Source: Tubiluchus corallicola
Taxonomy: Eukaryota > Animalia > Priapulida
NCBI GenBank assembly: GCA_030141605.1
Contig: JAQGDQ010000399.1
Location: 62,001-126,000, forward strand
Reading direction: 5' to 3'
Length of the DNA: 64,000 bases
The position numbers were made by a program, and so were the translations under genes. The notes below the pieces were generated by a model. The model was not told the origin of the DNA. It saw only the letters and a list, made by a program, of their open reading frames with translations, and did not search any database. Every line of letters begins with the position of its first letter. Positions within the stretch are counted from its first letter, which is position 1. Shown one piece after another: positions 10,709-22,405 of this stretch.

Positions 10709-13700
10709 ATGCCTCCACCTTGGCTTCATCAGAACATAAGCCGTTTGCAGGCCGAAGCCCTCTTGTTAGAAAACAAGAAGGATGGCTCATTTTTAGTGCG
10801 AACTAGTGAAACTGTGTCAAACGTATTTGTGCTATCTTTACTTTGTGAAGGCAAAATTCACCATTACAGAATATTTTCTGACAACAATGGCAAGCTGTCT
10901 GTTCAGGTGGTGGAAGGTGCTAAAGAGATGAAATATGACACTTTGACTGATCTGATACACGGCCATATGGTGCCCGATAATGGACTTAAATTTGAGCTAA
11001 AATATCCAGTCATGGTTGCCATGCCAAGACTGCCAAGCACGCCAGAAATACCATGTGGTTTAGATTTCGACAGCTCTAGTGATGAAACCGAAAAAAGTGA
11101 AAGTGTTCCCAGGGTTACACAACTGCAAGACAAGTTTAATACAATGTCCGAGTTTCTTGAAAATGATCTTAAGTCTAAACTGGAGAGCTACGTTACTAAC
11201 GGTGCTAAGACTGACATAGAGTCTGTGAGTAAAGGTAACATACAGCTACCAGCTCTTCGACAATTGCTCAATGAATCTGCTTCAAATTTGACAAAGGAAG
11301 CTGGCAACTTCCTTTCTATTATCAATTCATTTCAGGATCTGTTCAACATTCCAAATGCACAGGAAAGAGAGAAGAATGCCTCAGATGACTTTGACGGCGT
11401 GTTAAACAAGCTACAGGATTGTGTTTGGGGAGCAAAGGCACTGGAAAAAGGTGCTGCAAAGTGGTTTACCATGGATGGCATTTCTCTTGCTTCTTCTTCA
11501 TCAGTCGTTTCCACCAGTTCTGCTCCTCCACCGTATTCGTCATCTGAGGAGGCGTCGTGCTGTTCTGGTGTGCCACGAGTTCCGGTGACATCTTTCGAAG
11601 TTAAGATAATCAATCCCAATTTCAGGGTACTGCAGACAAGTCAGAAGGCAGTGGTAACAGTCGAGGTTACAACGGGAAAGTTTTATGTGATAAAGCGGGA
11701 TGGATCAAGAGATGTACTCGACGATAAAAACATGTTCACGCATGACCGTGTCCAGCAGCTTATCAAAAGCAGCTCAAATAAATCCAAACTGGACGTTATG
11801 ATTTTAGGACTAAAAAAACAAACTCTCCTGTTTTCCAATGCTCAAGAACGGGAGAAATTCTGCCAGCTGATGCAGTTAATGAAGTGTGTGCACACTGACA
11901 ATCAAGAAGTAGATAATGTTTCCCTATTTATTGGTACATTTAACCTAGCAGAGACTATGCCGACAGAGTCTCTCCACAGCTGGTTCTTGTCACAGGGCAG
12001 CGGTAAAACTCGCGATTCTACTTTTGATTTCATGCCTCATGATATATACGTGGTCGGTACGCAAGAGGACATTATGAGTGATAAAGACTGGTGTAGTAAG
12101 TTGATATCCACTTTGAAAGATTTAGTAATGATAGAGTTTATTGTCATTGCATCATTGTCAATGTGGAACATCCGTCTAGTTATTCTTGCAAAGCCAGAGC
12201 ACAAGCATCTTATCAGTCACATCAAAACCGCAACTGTCAAAACTGGTATCGCCAACACTCTGGGTAATAAGGGTGCCGTTGGCATCTCTTTTCAGTTTAA
12301 TTCCACCTCGTTTTGTTTCATCAATGCACACCTTGCATCCGGCCAGGAGAGGCTGGCAAGACGTAATCAAAACTTCCGGGATGTTTTGAAAGGTTTGCAG
12401 TCACTTGGCGAAAAACACTTGAACAACTTTGACTTGACCGGGCAGTTTCATCATGTGTTCTTCTTTGGAGATTTAAACTATCGTGTCGACTGGCAGCAGC
12501 AGGTATATGTCTCTTATTATTTCATTTTTACATATATGTAGTTAATTGATATAAATGCAAAAGTAACCATTCAAATGAATTTTGTAACTACATAATATAA
12601 TAAAATGTAATGTAATGTAATGTAATGTAATGTAATGTAATGTAATGTAATGTAATGTAATGTAATGTAATATAATGTAATGTAATATAATATAATATAA
12701 TATAATATAATATAATATAATATACACTTTATTAAAAAATTGCAGTTTATATCACTTTGCTTCATGACCATACTGAGTTATGGTCATTATAATACTACAA
12801 CAGGGCACTTAATTTTCATCTATAATTTCTTAAAATTATTCTGTTTTTCTGTTTGTCTTCAGTGTTTTGAATAACATGTAGTAAACTTCACATAGTCCAA
12901 GTCATTCTTTTAATACTTATTTAAAATCGGATAACAAACTGTGACCCTTTAAAATGTTAATAATATGTAATTTGCATATGTTTATTGCTTATACTGTCTT
13001 GAACGAACGTTTACCTTAATGTATATTTGTTATATTATGTGTATGTACACTGATATAATAAGCAAACATGCGATGTAAAACAAAGAAAGTGTTCGTACAG
13101 ATTTACTAGGCAATGTACCAATCAAGTAAACATACATGCGTACAATCATACATGTATGCATTTGTTGCATACTACATGCTACAAAGAGAATTAGAAATGA
13201 ATGACCTTTCGTGAACATTTGTTAGCTGATGTAATTTACCTTGCTCATAATTGATAATTATCACTTTTAAATATCAACTGCCTTCCTTGCCATAAAACGT
13301 TTTGGGGGTTTTATCACCATTAATCTGGTTCTGATTCTGTCTGAACTGTAAAGAGACTTAATTTTTTTCTATAAAATTTTAGTGACTTTATAGCAGTGGA
13401 CCTACCAAGTGCTCAGGATACATAAAAGTAGTGTTTAAAAGTGCATTAGTTTGCAAGTGTTTTACTGATTGTCATATGGTGTATTATACTTACAAACATA
13501 GGAGAAAATACTGATAACTTCTTTTTCAGTTGGTGTTACAAGAAGCAGAAGTGATAAGAAAGGCACCTGATCCTAAAGACTGTGGAAAGCTTTTTTGTCA
13601 CGACCAGTTGAATCTAGCAAAGCAAGCTGGTGATGCTTTTGCTCATTTTAATGAGGAAGAAATAAAATTTCCACCAACCTACCGATTTGAGAAAGGTGTT

Positions 13701-16700
13701 TCACGTATTCCAATATTTCTTTGTGATTTGTGTCATGGTTGTTTATTAGCTTTCTGTGATTTATTAGTAGACGTTTGATTTAATTATCTAGTAATTTAGT
13801 GGGAGTGGTGGTGACTTTTTTATTTACACAATGATTGCAATTTGATACGAATGTTTGTCTCTTGGAAAGTATCCATTTAAGTTACTACACAGAAAATGTA
13901 AGATAAGCAACATTTGGCGATTATACATATTATGATATATTGTGTCTTGTATATGTGTGTGCATTTGTTTAAACTTTAGATTTAGCTTAAACTTCAGCAA
14001 CGATTAGCAAACTTCAGCAAGGCAGCAGTGATTAAACTTCATTTATTGGAAGTTAATGGCAACTGTTAGCTCATATGTAGCTTATGCATTAGAGCTGAAA
14101 CATATGATAGACGTACAATAATTGTTTGTATCAAATGTAGAAAAGGGCACTGTAGGACTGATAGCCTGTAGTTAATTATAATATGGTATTAATTTCACAG
14201 TGTTAGCTGGTGGTAGCAATTGGCAAGAGATGTGTCGTGCAGGAAAAAATAATTTTAATTGTCAAATATTAAGCAATTTGGTAACTATTGATAAATTTAA
14301 GCATGAGGTGTGATAAAATTACAAGGCACATGCGGAAGTTAACTTAGCAGAAAAATGAAGAAATATTTAAATTAAAATGAAATAATAGCTGATTCACTTG
14401 TTCTTAGGAGACAGACAGTTGTACTCATGGCAGAAAGTGAAGAAGTCTGGCATTAGAATCAACTTGCCCTCGTGGACAGACAGAGTTCTTTGGAAATCTT
14501 TTCCAGGCATTCATATAGTTTGCCGGTCCTATGGCTGTTCCACTGACATCATTTGCAGTGACCATTGTCCAGTATTCAGTACGTTTGACGTTGGCATCGC
14601 AGCTCAGTGTCTTGCTAAAACGCCAACCAACCACACAAACGTTGAAATCATCTTCGACAGTGTGTCTGCTGAAATTCGCACCATGACACATCAGAATTAC
14701 GTCATAGACTTCTTTTCTAGCTGTCTAGAGGAACAGGTTTCCAGCAAACCGAATGCTAATTTCATATCAGAGGTCACCGGATTCAGTTCACCCACATGGT
14801 CCTCTGCACTTCTGCCTACACTGATACCCATCAGTTCTGATGCAAGTTATTTGGAGGATCAGTTCATACTGCTGGCAGTGAAAGGTCTTGATTGCAACGA
14901 GTATTACGGGCATGCAGTCATAGCAATGAAGGACATGTTCAGTATAAATGCTCAACCGTTTGCTGCTTTTCTTACACACAATGGAGATCCGACTGGAAAG
15001 ATTCGTGGACGCATGCACGTCAAAACTACACAACCAGATGAAGGGTTTTATACAAAACGTGTCAATACCAAGACGTATGAACTAATTTCATTCGACGATC
15101 CCATAATCGAGAAGGGAGCATCAAGGTAGGAGGAAAAATGTCCCAACTTTTGAGTGATCTTTTGTGATTAGGAGTCTAGTCACATAGTAAATTATAATTT
15201 TTCACTGCACAAGTTGTATTTTTTAAATAATGAAAAGCAAATTTCCTGCTAGGTTATTAAACACATTTCTTTCACATATGTGCTGAAAGCTATAGTCACA
15301 TCCTGTGCTCTTCTGGTCACAAACATAAACTAACACACATTTTGGGTTTTTCAGTCACCTCATTTCAGTTGCTAGTACAGGTGATGTAGAATAAAAAAAG
15401 TATTCGAGTAATTACGCTTGCACTGTGCTTGTAATTATCCAACTTTTAAACTATTCTATCTTTACATATCGGCTAGTCGACTACACGCAATACAGCAGTC
15501 ACATTTGAGCAGGTGTCTTAGTTTGTTACCTTAACCGATGCCCAATATACAGCAAAATCATATTGTCAGTTTGGTTGTACCTGCGTTGGCATTAAGTTGA
15601 TCAACTTACAGCACCTTTTTCATCGAACGTCAGCATGCCATGCGAACCCTTTACTTCAATAAGCCAAAAGCCTTGTTCAGCGATCTATACAAAAATAATC
15701 AATTGTCGCTAAGCTTAAGGAAAACACAATTTTTAAATGATGCCCAGTTTCTAAATTCTAGTGCTGGAACATCTATTTAATTGCTGTTTATAATTCTTCT
15801 ATAGGTATGTCCAAATGACACAAGACGTGAAACATCAGTCAATGATACTGTCACCTAGTGAAGCTCAACCAACCTTACCTAGCCGGTCTTTGAGTGAGAT
15901 TGTCGAATTTTCTAGCCCGCGATTTGGCAATGTTTACGAACCGGTAGAAACAATAGATAATGTTTATGATGTGCCACTGACCAATGGTTGCGATAGGTAC
16001 TTGATCACTGATTGTTGAATAATAAAACTGCTTTAGTATAATTTTGTCTTTCCTGTTTAGTATAGTGTATCTGGACAACTGTGAGTAGTTTTAAATTTCA
16101 TTCATGCATTTCTTTCATACACCAAAGTAAGCTATATTTTGCTGATACTGTTTATCTTGTTTTGTTATAAAGTCAAAAAGGATAAACTAAGAAACATTTT
16201 AATATTTTTGAATACGTGTTATAAGCTTAATAATAAGTAAATTGGACTGCATGATCATCGAAACAGGCGTGAACTTCTGAAATATAGAATAGTTAGTAAG
16301 CGTTGATGATTGAATTTTGCCTGTTATTGAAGTTGGTGGACACCTCTGAACCTGTATAGCACGGAAGAAGTTACACACTTAGTTTGTTACAGTTAACTGG
16401 AAAATTTTGTAGATATGACTTCAAATTAAACTAGACCATTGGGTCATAATTCGCTTTGGTTGCTTTTTTGCTTTTCTAAATGATTAATGAATGTGCCAGT
16501 GTTAGGTACCTTGATTTTGATTTACATCTTAGATGAGCTTAATTTTTCATTTTTCAAGTCTACAGCTGTTCCAAATGGGGCACTTTCATGGATTTTGAAA
16601 ATGAATTCCTTCAAATTATGGAAATTGTGACTGTCACTCTAAAGAATGTTCAGTGAATAGTGATCCTGGCAATATTCTAACATTATAATTTATAATGAAG

Positions 16701-19700
16701 TATATTCTACAGGAAAAATGATTCTCTCTTAAACGTTTCTGTGGATCATGGTGATGCTCCTCCACCTATTCCTCAACGGAGCAGCTCCGTGAAGAGCGAG
16801 AAGACTACATCCATGTCCCTGTTTCAATCTGGAGAACTGGAAACGTTGTTCTCATCATCACCAGCAAGTCAACCTACCATTCCTACTCCATTGCAACTTT
16901 CTAAAATTCCTACTGGGTTTGTGTGCATCTAGCATCTACGTTCTTTGCCATTTTCTTCTCAAGAATAAATGCTTCAGTAGTGTTAAAATATTGTCATTGT
17001 TTAGTATATGTACTGCTAATAGTCACAGGAAAAAAGTCACCATTTTAGCTAAGAAAAAGTCAGAATTAATTTTGCCTAGGGCTAGGGTTAGAATTAGGGT
17101 TATTTACTTTTTTCCTGTTTTTTTTTCTGAGGCTTTTTAACTGCGACATTTTCACCTTGGCTTTATTACCTGGATTGGTTTAGTTTTTATGTTTTTTTTG
17201 AATTTACACAATCATACAAGTCTTTTTTATGTTTTACTTTCAGAACTGGAAGAATTTAGTATGAGCCCATGTCATACTTGATTCCAATAAAGCCCACTTT
17301 TCAGCAAATAACATGTTGAAAGACAAAATTTTTCACTGTGTGAAAGCTTTTGTATCATTAAATGCTTTTTTTATTTTTGTTGCTTCAACTTTGCAATGAT
17401 TTTTACTGCAATTGTAGAAACTTGGATGATGACGACATAGCGAGACATTACGATGCTGCAGTCACTCCACTTTCCCAAGTGCAGCAGGAAAACAACTCTC
17501 TCTATGATTTTCCACTACAGAATACAGCTAGGCTGGCAGCACCATTAATGCCTCAAGCACCCGCAAACTCTCCCCCAAAAGAATCTCCACCCCCACTACC
17601 GAGGTATGCGCTTAATTAGTTACACAAAGGGTTATACATTTTTTGTTTTTCCACTAATAACATTAAAAGGTGTCTCTTGGAATGCAACAAGCACGATTCA
17701 GTGCAATGTTAGAACATTTAATATGAAGCAACTTTAGTGCAAACACATTTTGCTCATGTTTTTCTCAGTGACTGGTAGATTTTCAGTGGTGGCTTGCATT
17801 GCACTGTTGTGCTTAAACACTTGAATTTTGTAGGGCGATTGTATAATCAGAAAATTATTTGAGTTAGTTCCTTGATAATAATCATCACTTAATAATTAAT
17901 ATTTATTTAACTTTTGCTTTTGCATAATTATTAAGTGTTTTCATTTGCCGTCTTTTGTTAAATTGGCATAAAAGCTTGTCAGTGAGTGATGACTAAACAT
18001 ATGAGGAGTGGGTCAGTAAGAGAATCAGTGAATAAACTACTAATGTGTAGTTTGTTAAATCTTGCTAAAGTTTCATGTCGTTTAATCTTTCGACAAATTT
18101 GTTACTTCAGGACAACACCGCCACCAAAACCACTGTCACCTTTGGGATTCCAAGCTTCCTTGATGGCGGAAATTGCGACAGAATCAGGACAAGCTTACCC
18201 ATTTCCAATAACAGAAGCTTCTAATGGTAAAACTGAACAGTTTAGATGAAGTTTGGGTGGATTTATCTAAACACTATAAACCAAATAATGAGCATTGCAA
18301 AGTTTTGTATGCTTTTGAAACCAGTAGACCTCTATACTTTTTTGCAGTATGTGAAAGCTAATAGTAACGTAGAATTGAAAAGTTCTGACAATTATTTTTA
18401 TTAGACAATAGATGGATCATAAAATAACTGTAGTAAACTGATTAGTATTATCCCTGACTGAAAACTGCTAAAACCCACTGTTGTAAATGTTGATTGTTCC
18501 TTGCATTATTCTTCCAAGAGAAAAAATGGTTCAGTACTTTCCCAAATTAACTGTCAACTAACGATATCATTAATTATGATTGTGGTTGTCAGATTTTTGT
18601 CATAAACCATTGCGGTTTATTTTACCAATCATTACCCATTGCAGGTTGGAGAAAGGACATACTGAAAAATTGTTGACTAGTTGGGATTTGAACTTGAATC
18701 CTGGGTTTAGTACTCCCACACTCTACCAGCCCAGCATGAGTAGTTACCAGAACAGGCCTAAGATGTCCTCATTGTAGCTCACAATCCATCAGCTGGCAAT
18801 CACATAATTAATGAAAAAGAAAACATTTTGATACTATCAAAAATAGTTCTAAAAAACATTGCCGCTTCAAAATATCATTCAGTGAAGTATTTTTGCTAAT
18901 GAACTGAAGGGTATTAGTGAGCGATTTTAACATGTAGCAGTATGTTGAATGGCTGTTGCCCTTACAATAATAATTGTGACAATAATTATAATCGTTTTTA
19001 ATTTAACTACTGTTGATGCACCCAAGTAAAATATCCAAAAGAAAAATCTAACTCCGGCCTTACTGGATGCTATAAACCTGAAATTAATTTATTCAGTATA
19101 AAGATGTGATTCAACAACAAAGAAAAGCAAACAATAGAAAAATAATTAACAGATTAACAGGTGAAAATTACAGCAGCTAAGTAAAAATATGATGTTTCCA
19201 ATAATAGCCTAATCGATTTCTGATCTATAGCAAAAATAGCAAATTATTGCGTTAATTTACAAGATAAAAATAATTTAGACTAAATTAATTAACAGAACTT
19301 ACAATTTGGTGATTAAATGGCATCCTGGATAACAAAACAGTGTTTAATGAGTTCACCAGAACTACATCAGTAAAAAAAACTATAATCTGTGTATGTATAC
19401 GTGTAAGTATGAACAGGTAAAACAGGTCATGAAAGTCGTGACTACACCTAAAGTTGGGTTCTAATATCTGATTGGCTGTAATGAATGACAAAGTTAAACA
19501 AGGTTACAGCTAAAAAGATTTCACAAACGTTAACTGGCTGTTGCCCCACAATTATGGCGTATTCAGAGGTAGCGACTTCTCTCGCAACTTGTTGCGCAAC
19601 TTCTTTCTGAGAGTAAAGTTGTAGTGTGTATGAACAGCTTGGCAACTTCTCTCGCAACTTGTTGCACATGTAAATGGCTTGGCAACTTTACTCTCAGAGA

Positions 19701-22405
19701 GAAATTGTGCAACAAGTTGCGAGAGAAGTCTCTACGTCTGAACATGCCGTTAGTATTGCATAATAGTGATCCCGCTATTCATAATGGCATTTTGCAATCG
19801 AAGCTACAGTGCTATGCATTTTTTCTTGCTACATTTTTCAATGTGTTTTGATGTAGTTTGTGATTTTTGTTTTAACAGTCTTGTTTTTATAATTTGTTTA
19901 ATGTTTTTCAGATTTTCATTCGAGTATGCAACATGACTTTCCTTTGTCAAACCCCTCCGAAGCAGCTTCTTCATTATCAAAACCAAAGCCGAAGCCGAGA
20001 ATGAGGCAAAGTTTCAAAAAGCCAGATGAAGAGCGAGTCAGCGAGATAGAACCCGAATCACTGTACAATGTACCTAACCAGGTGAGTTACTTAATAAACG
20101 TACATCAGCTATAAAGCATTAGTGGTCATTATAACTCATGCTATTCATAGAAGTATTGATTACTGTCATTCTCAAGCTATTTTATAAATTTGGATTAGGT
20201 TCATGAATTACCTAAAATATTCATTTTAGATTGATTCATTGCTAGTAGCAAGATTAATCAGTGTGTTTTTAAGATGCACTCTAGATATTCCTAACCAAAT
20301 TATGATTATGTATGCCATGGGCCCAAAATCTCATTTTAGCAGATGCCATTTTATGTTCCCGTTAATGCTGCTATTAATAATGGCATTAGATAAAATGCAA
20401 ATGTTGCATAGATTGTATGCATCCCAGAGTCTCTCATGAAATTTAGTCATACCACGCCACTAATAATGGTCACTCACGCCATCACTGAATTATATCTATC
20501 TTTCTTTCTGTTTCTTATTATAGACTTTCTTTTTTAAAAAATGCCTTTTAGATTTGTTTGTCTGGAGCAAACAGTTGTGCATACTCTTCTAAGGCAGTAG
20601 TCGGTTATTTGATAACTGGCAGGTAAGCAAATAGTAAAGCAGAACTTTCAGCATACAGTAGCCTGCAGGTGCAGAGGCAAGCAAAAATTGTGTATTAACA
20701 AAGATAACACTCCTAGTCATGGGTCTGTAGAGAGTGGGAGCCTGCAAGCCAAGTGGCAGGTATTATTCGAATTAGATGTTCGCGACTTGACTTTGTCTGA
20801 CTCATTACCAAGGCTCTGTCTCTAGAATGAGCCACTAAACCTACAGGCAGATATCATCCATTTTTGGGGGTATATACATTCTCTCTCTACTAGGTAAATA
20901 CTAAACAGCCCGAATCAGCATGACAATTGTAACTACCCAGAATGAGACATTTGAAGCGGTTCAACTACCCACTCCTTCACCATCCTCGGTGCCTTTATAA
21001 CTTTGGTAGCCATGATGACTATGCTACTACGAGACCATGCACCTCACCTTAAAAAAATGTGAATATTTCAATGATTGTATTGTAAGTAGTGTCTCAGCCT
21101 TGTGAGTATGCTTTGCTTATATTAAATATGAAGTTTATATTTGTCACAGGTGGTGAGAGAAGTACGTCCACCGATACCACCAAGACAGCCAAGGACTTTC
21201 GGTACAATTGCAGAATGGTTAAATTCATTATCATTAGACATGTATGTTTTTACTCATTTTCTTTCCAGCTTCAACTAACTATAGCACATTCGATTAACAT
21301 TTAGCTTTCTGACATAGATACAAGTGAGCAGATACAGATATCTTCTTTATTTATGTATACTAAGATAGTTTTATGCTTTGCAACTCAATCTGAAGAAGCC
21401 TTGTATTTTTCTCTAATTCTTGACTGTTAAGCTTTAGGTTACAAAGTGAAGCAATTTGATCACTATGAATGGAATTTAACTGTACCTGTCCATCGATTAT
21501 ACCATAAAAAAGTTGGCCTGTTGTCAATCGGCAAGTATGGCAACATTCGTATTCAAAAATGGCATTTTGTTAGAATTACATACAGTAAGTTCTCGTTTAA
21601 CACCGCCCCACTTAGCAATGTTTCCTTTTAACGACGCTAATTATTGATGCCTTTTTTCACTTAACGTCGCATGTTTTGTATTAAGGACGATTTTTTAGCC
21701 TTATTTTAGGCACTAAATTCTGTTTACTGTGTTTGCTTGCATTCTCCAAATGATTCCCGCTACTTAACCCAGATAACTGTGTAGTTATTGCACAAATAAT
21801 AATGTGCCCAACTAAACCGAAAGCAGGCAGTCAAACCGTGATGATTCATTGCTTTCCGACGTTAGACAAAATTTATTTAGTTGATAAAACTTTTTCATGC
21901 TATGTAGTTAATTGCTGTATTCACCTCATTTGCATATTAGCTGTGGCAAATGCAATACTCAAAATGACCTTGATACCGAAAACAGGTTGAAAGTAAGAAA
22001 ATGGGATGTGGTAAATGTGATGCAGTGTGGTAAGGAAGCACTGGCAGAAAAAAAGAAAAAATCTAAGCAACCAACACTAATTCTTTTAAAAAAAGGGAAT
22101 GAATGGGAGAAAAAATGGCTGAAGGAGAACAACCGTAGGAGGAAGGGCCTATGTTAGATTAGATTTTAGTTTTCACACTTCAATTTCTCATTACTATTGC
22201 TAGCTTAACTTATTGCTTGCATTGTTTTAATTTTCTATGATGATACTTCAGGTACACGAATTTATTCATGTGTCACGGCTGGGATTCGTTGGCATTTATG
22301 AATGACATAACTGAAGATGATCTAGAAGACATGGGTATCAGCAATTCAGAACACAAGCACAAGATTCTTGCTAGTGCACGCACGACATTGCAGCGATACA
22401 CATGA
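10709..22405 (+). CDS. INPPL1: SH2-containing inositol polyphosphate 5-phosphatase, SHIP2-type (SH2 - PH-like - 5-phosphatase - C2 - Pro-rich - SAM), ~1263 aa
   Basis: Exons 10709-12502, 13530-13695, 14408-15125, 15805-15996, 16713-16916, 17418-17603, 18111-18226, 19912-20081, 21150-21241 and 22252-22405; total 3792 nt, all GT-AG and in frame. Motifs: SH2 DGSFLVR; TGIANTLGNKGAV; catalytic FFGDLNYR and PSWTDRVLW; SDHCPVF; SAM IAEWLNSLSLDMY..HGWDSLAFMNDITEDDLEDMGI..HKHKIL. Confidence 0.93.
12590..12722. repeat. Compound pentanucleotide microsatellite (TGTAA)n-(TATAA)n
   Basis: Directly visible run just downstream of the SHIP2 exon donor at 12503. Confidence 0.95.
17020..17180. mobile_element. 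Small non-autonomous repeat with a central TTAGGG-like patch
   Basis: AGTCACAGGAAAAAAGTCAC / AAGAAAAAGTCAG units on the left, CTAGGGCTAGGGTTAGAATTAGGGTTA in the middle, and inverted ACTTTTTTCCTG-type units on the right. Confidence 0.45.
18567..18814 (-). mobile_element. TIR-bounded element with tRNA-like core, copy 1
   Basis: Ends TCATTAATTATG...CATAATTAATGA. Minus strand shows A-box-like GCTGGTAGAG and B-box-like GTTCAAATCCC. Similar along its length to 57342-57648. Confidence 0.65.
19555..19749. mobile_element. 195-bp palindromic MITE, PIF/Harbinger-like
   Basis: ~65-bp imperfect terminal inverted repeats (yGGCrTrTTCAGAsGTAGmGACTTCTCTCGCAACTTGTTGC...GAGAGTAAAGTTG); TTA on both flanks (19552-54 and 19750-52). 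Confidence 0.85.

Noticed and set aside
12542-12771. ORFs with YIILY/YITLH repeats
   Set aside because: Translations of the pentanucleotide microsatellite.
21581-22160. TACAGTAAGTTCTCGTTTAAC start and a KKSKQPTL-containing ORF suggesting a pogo/Tigger remnant
   Set aside because: Only one plausible end was found and the peptide evidence is too weak to call a feature.
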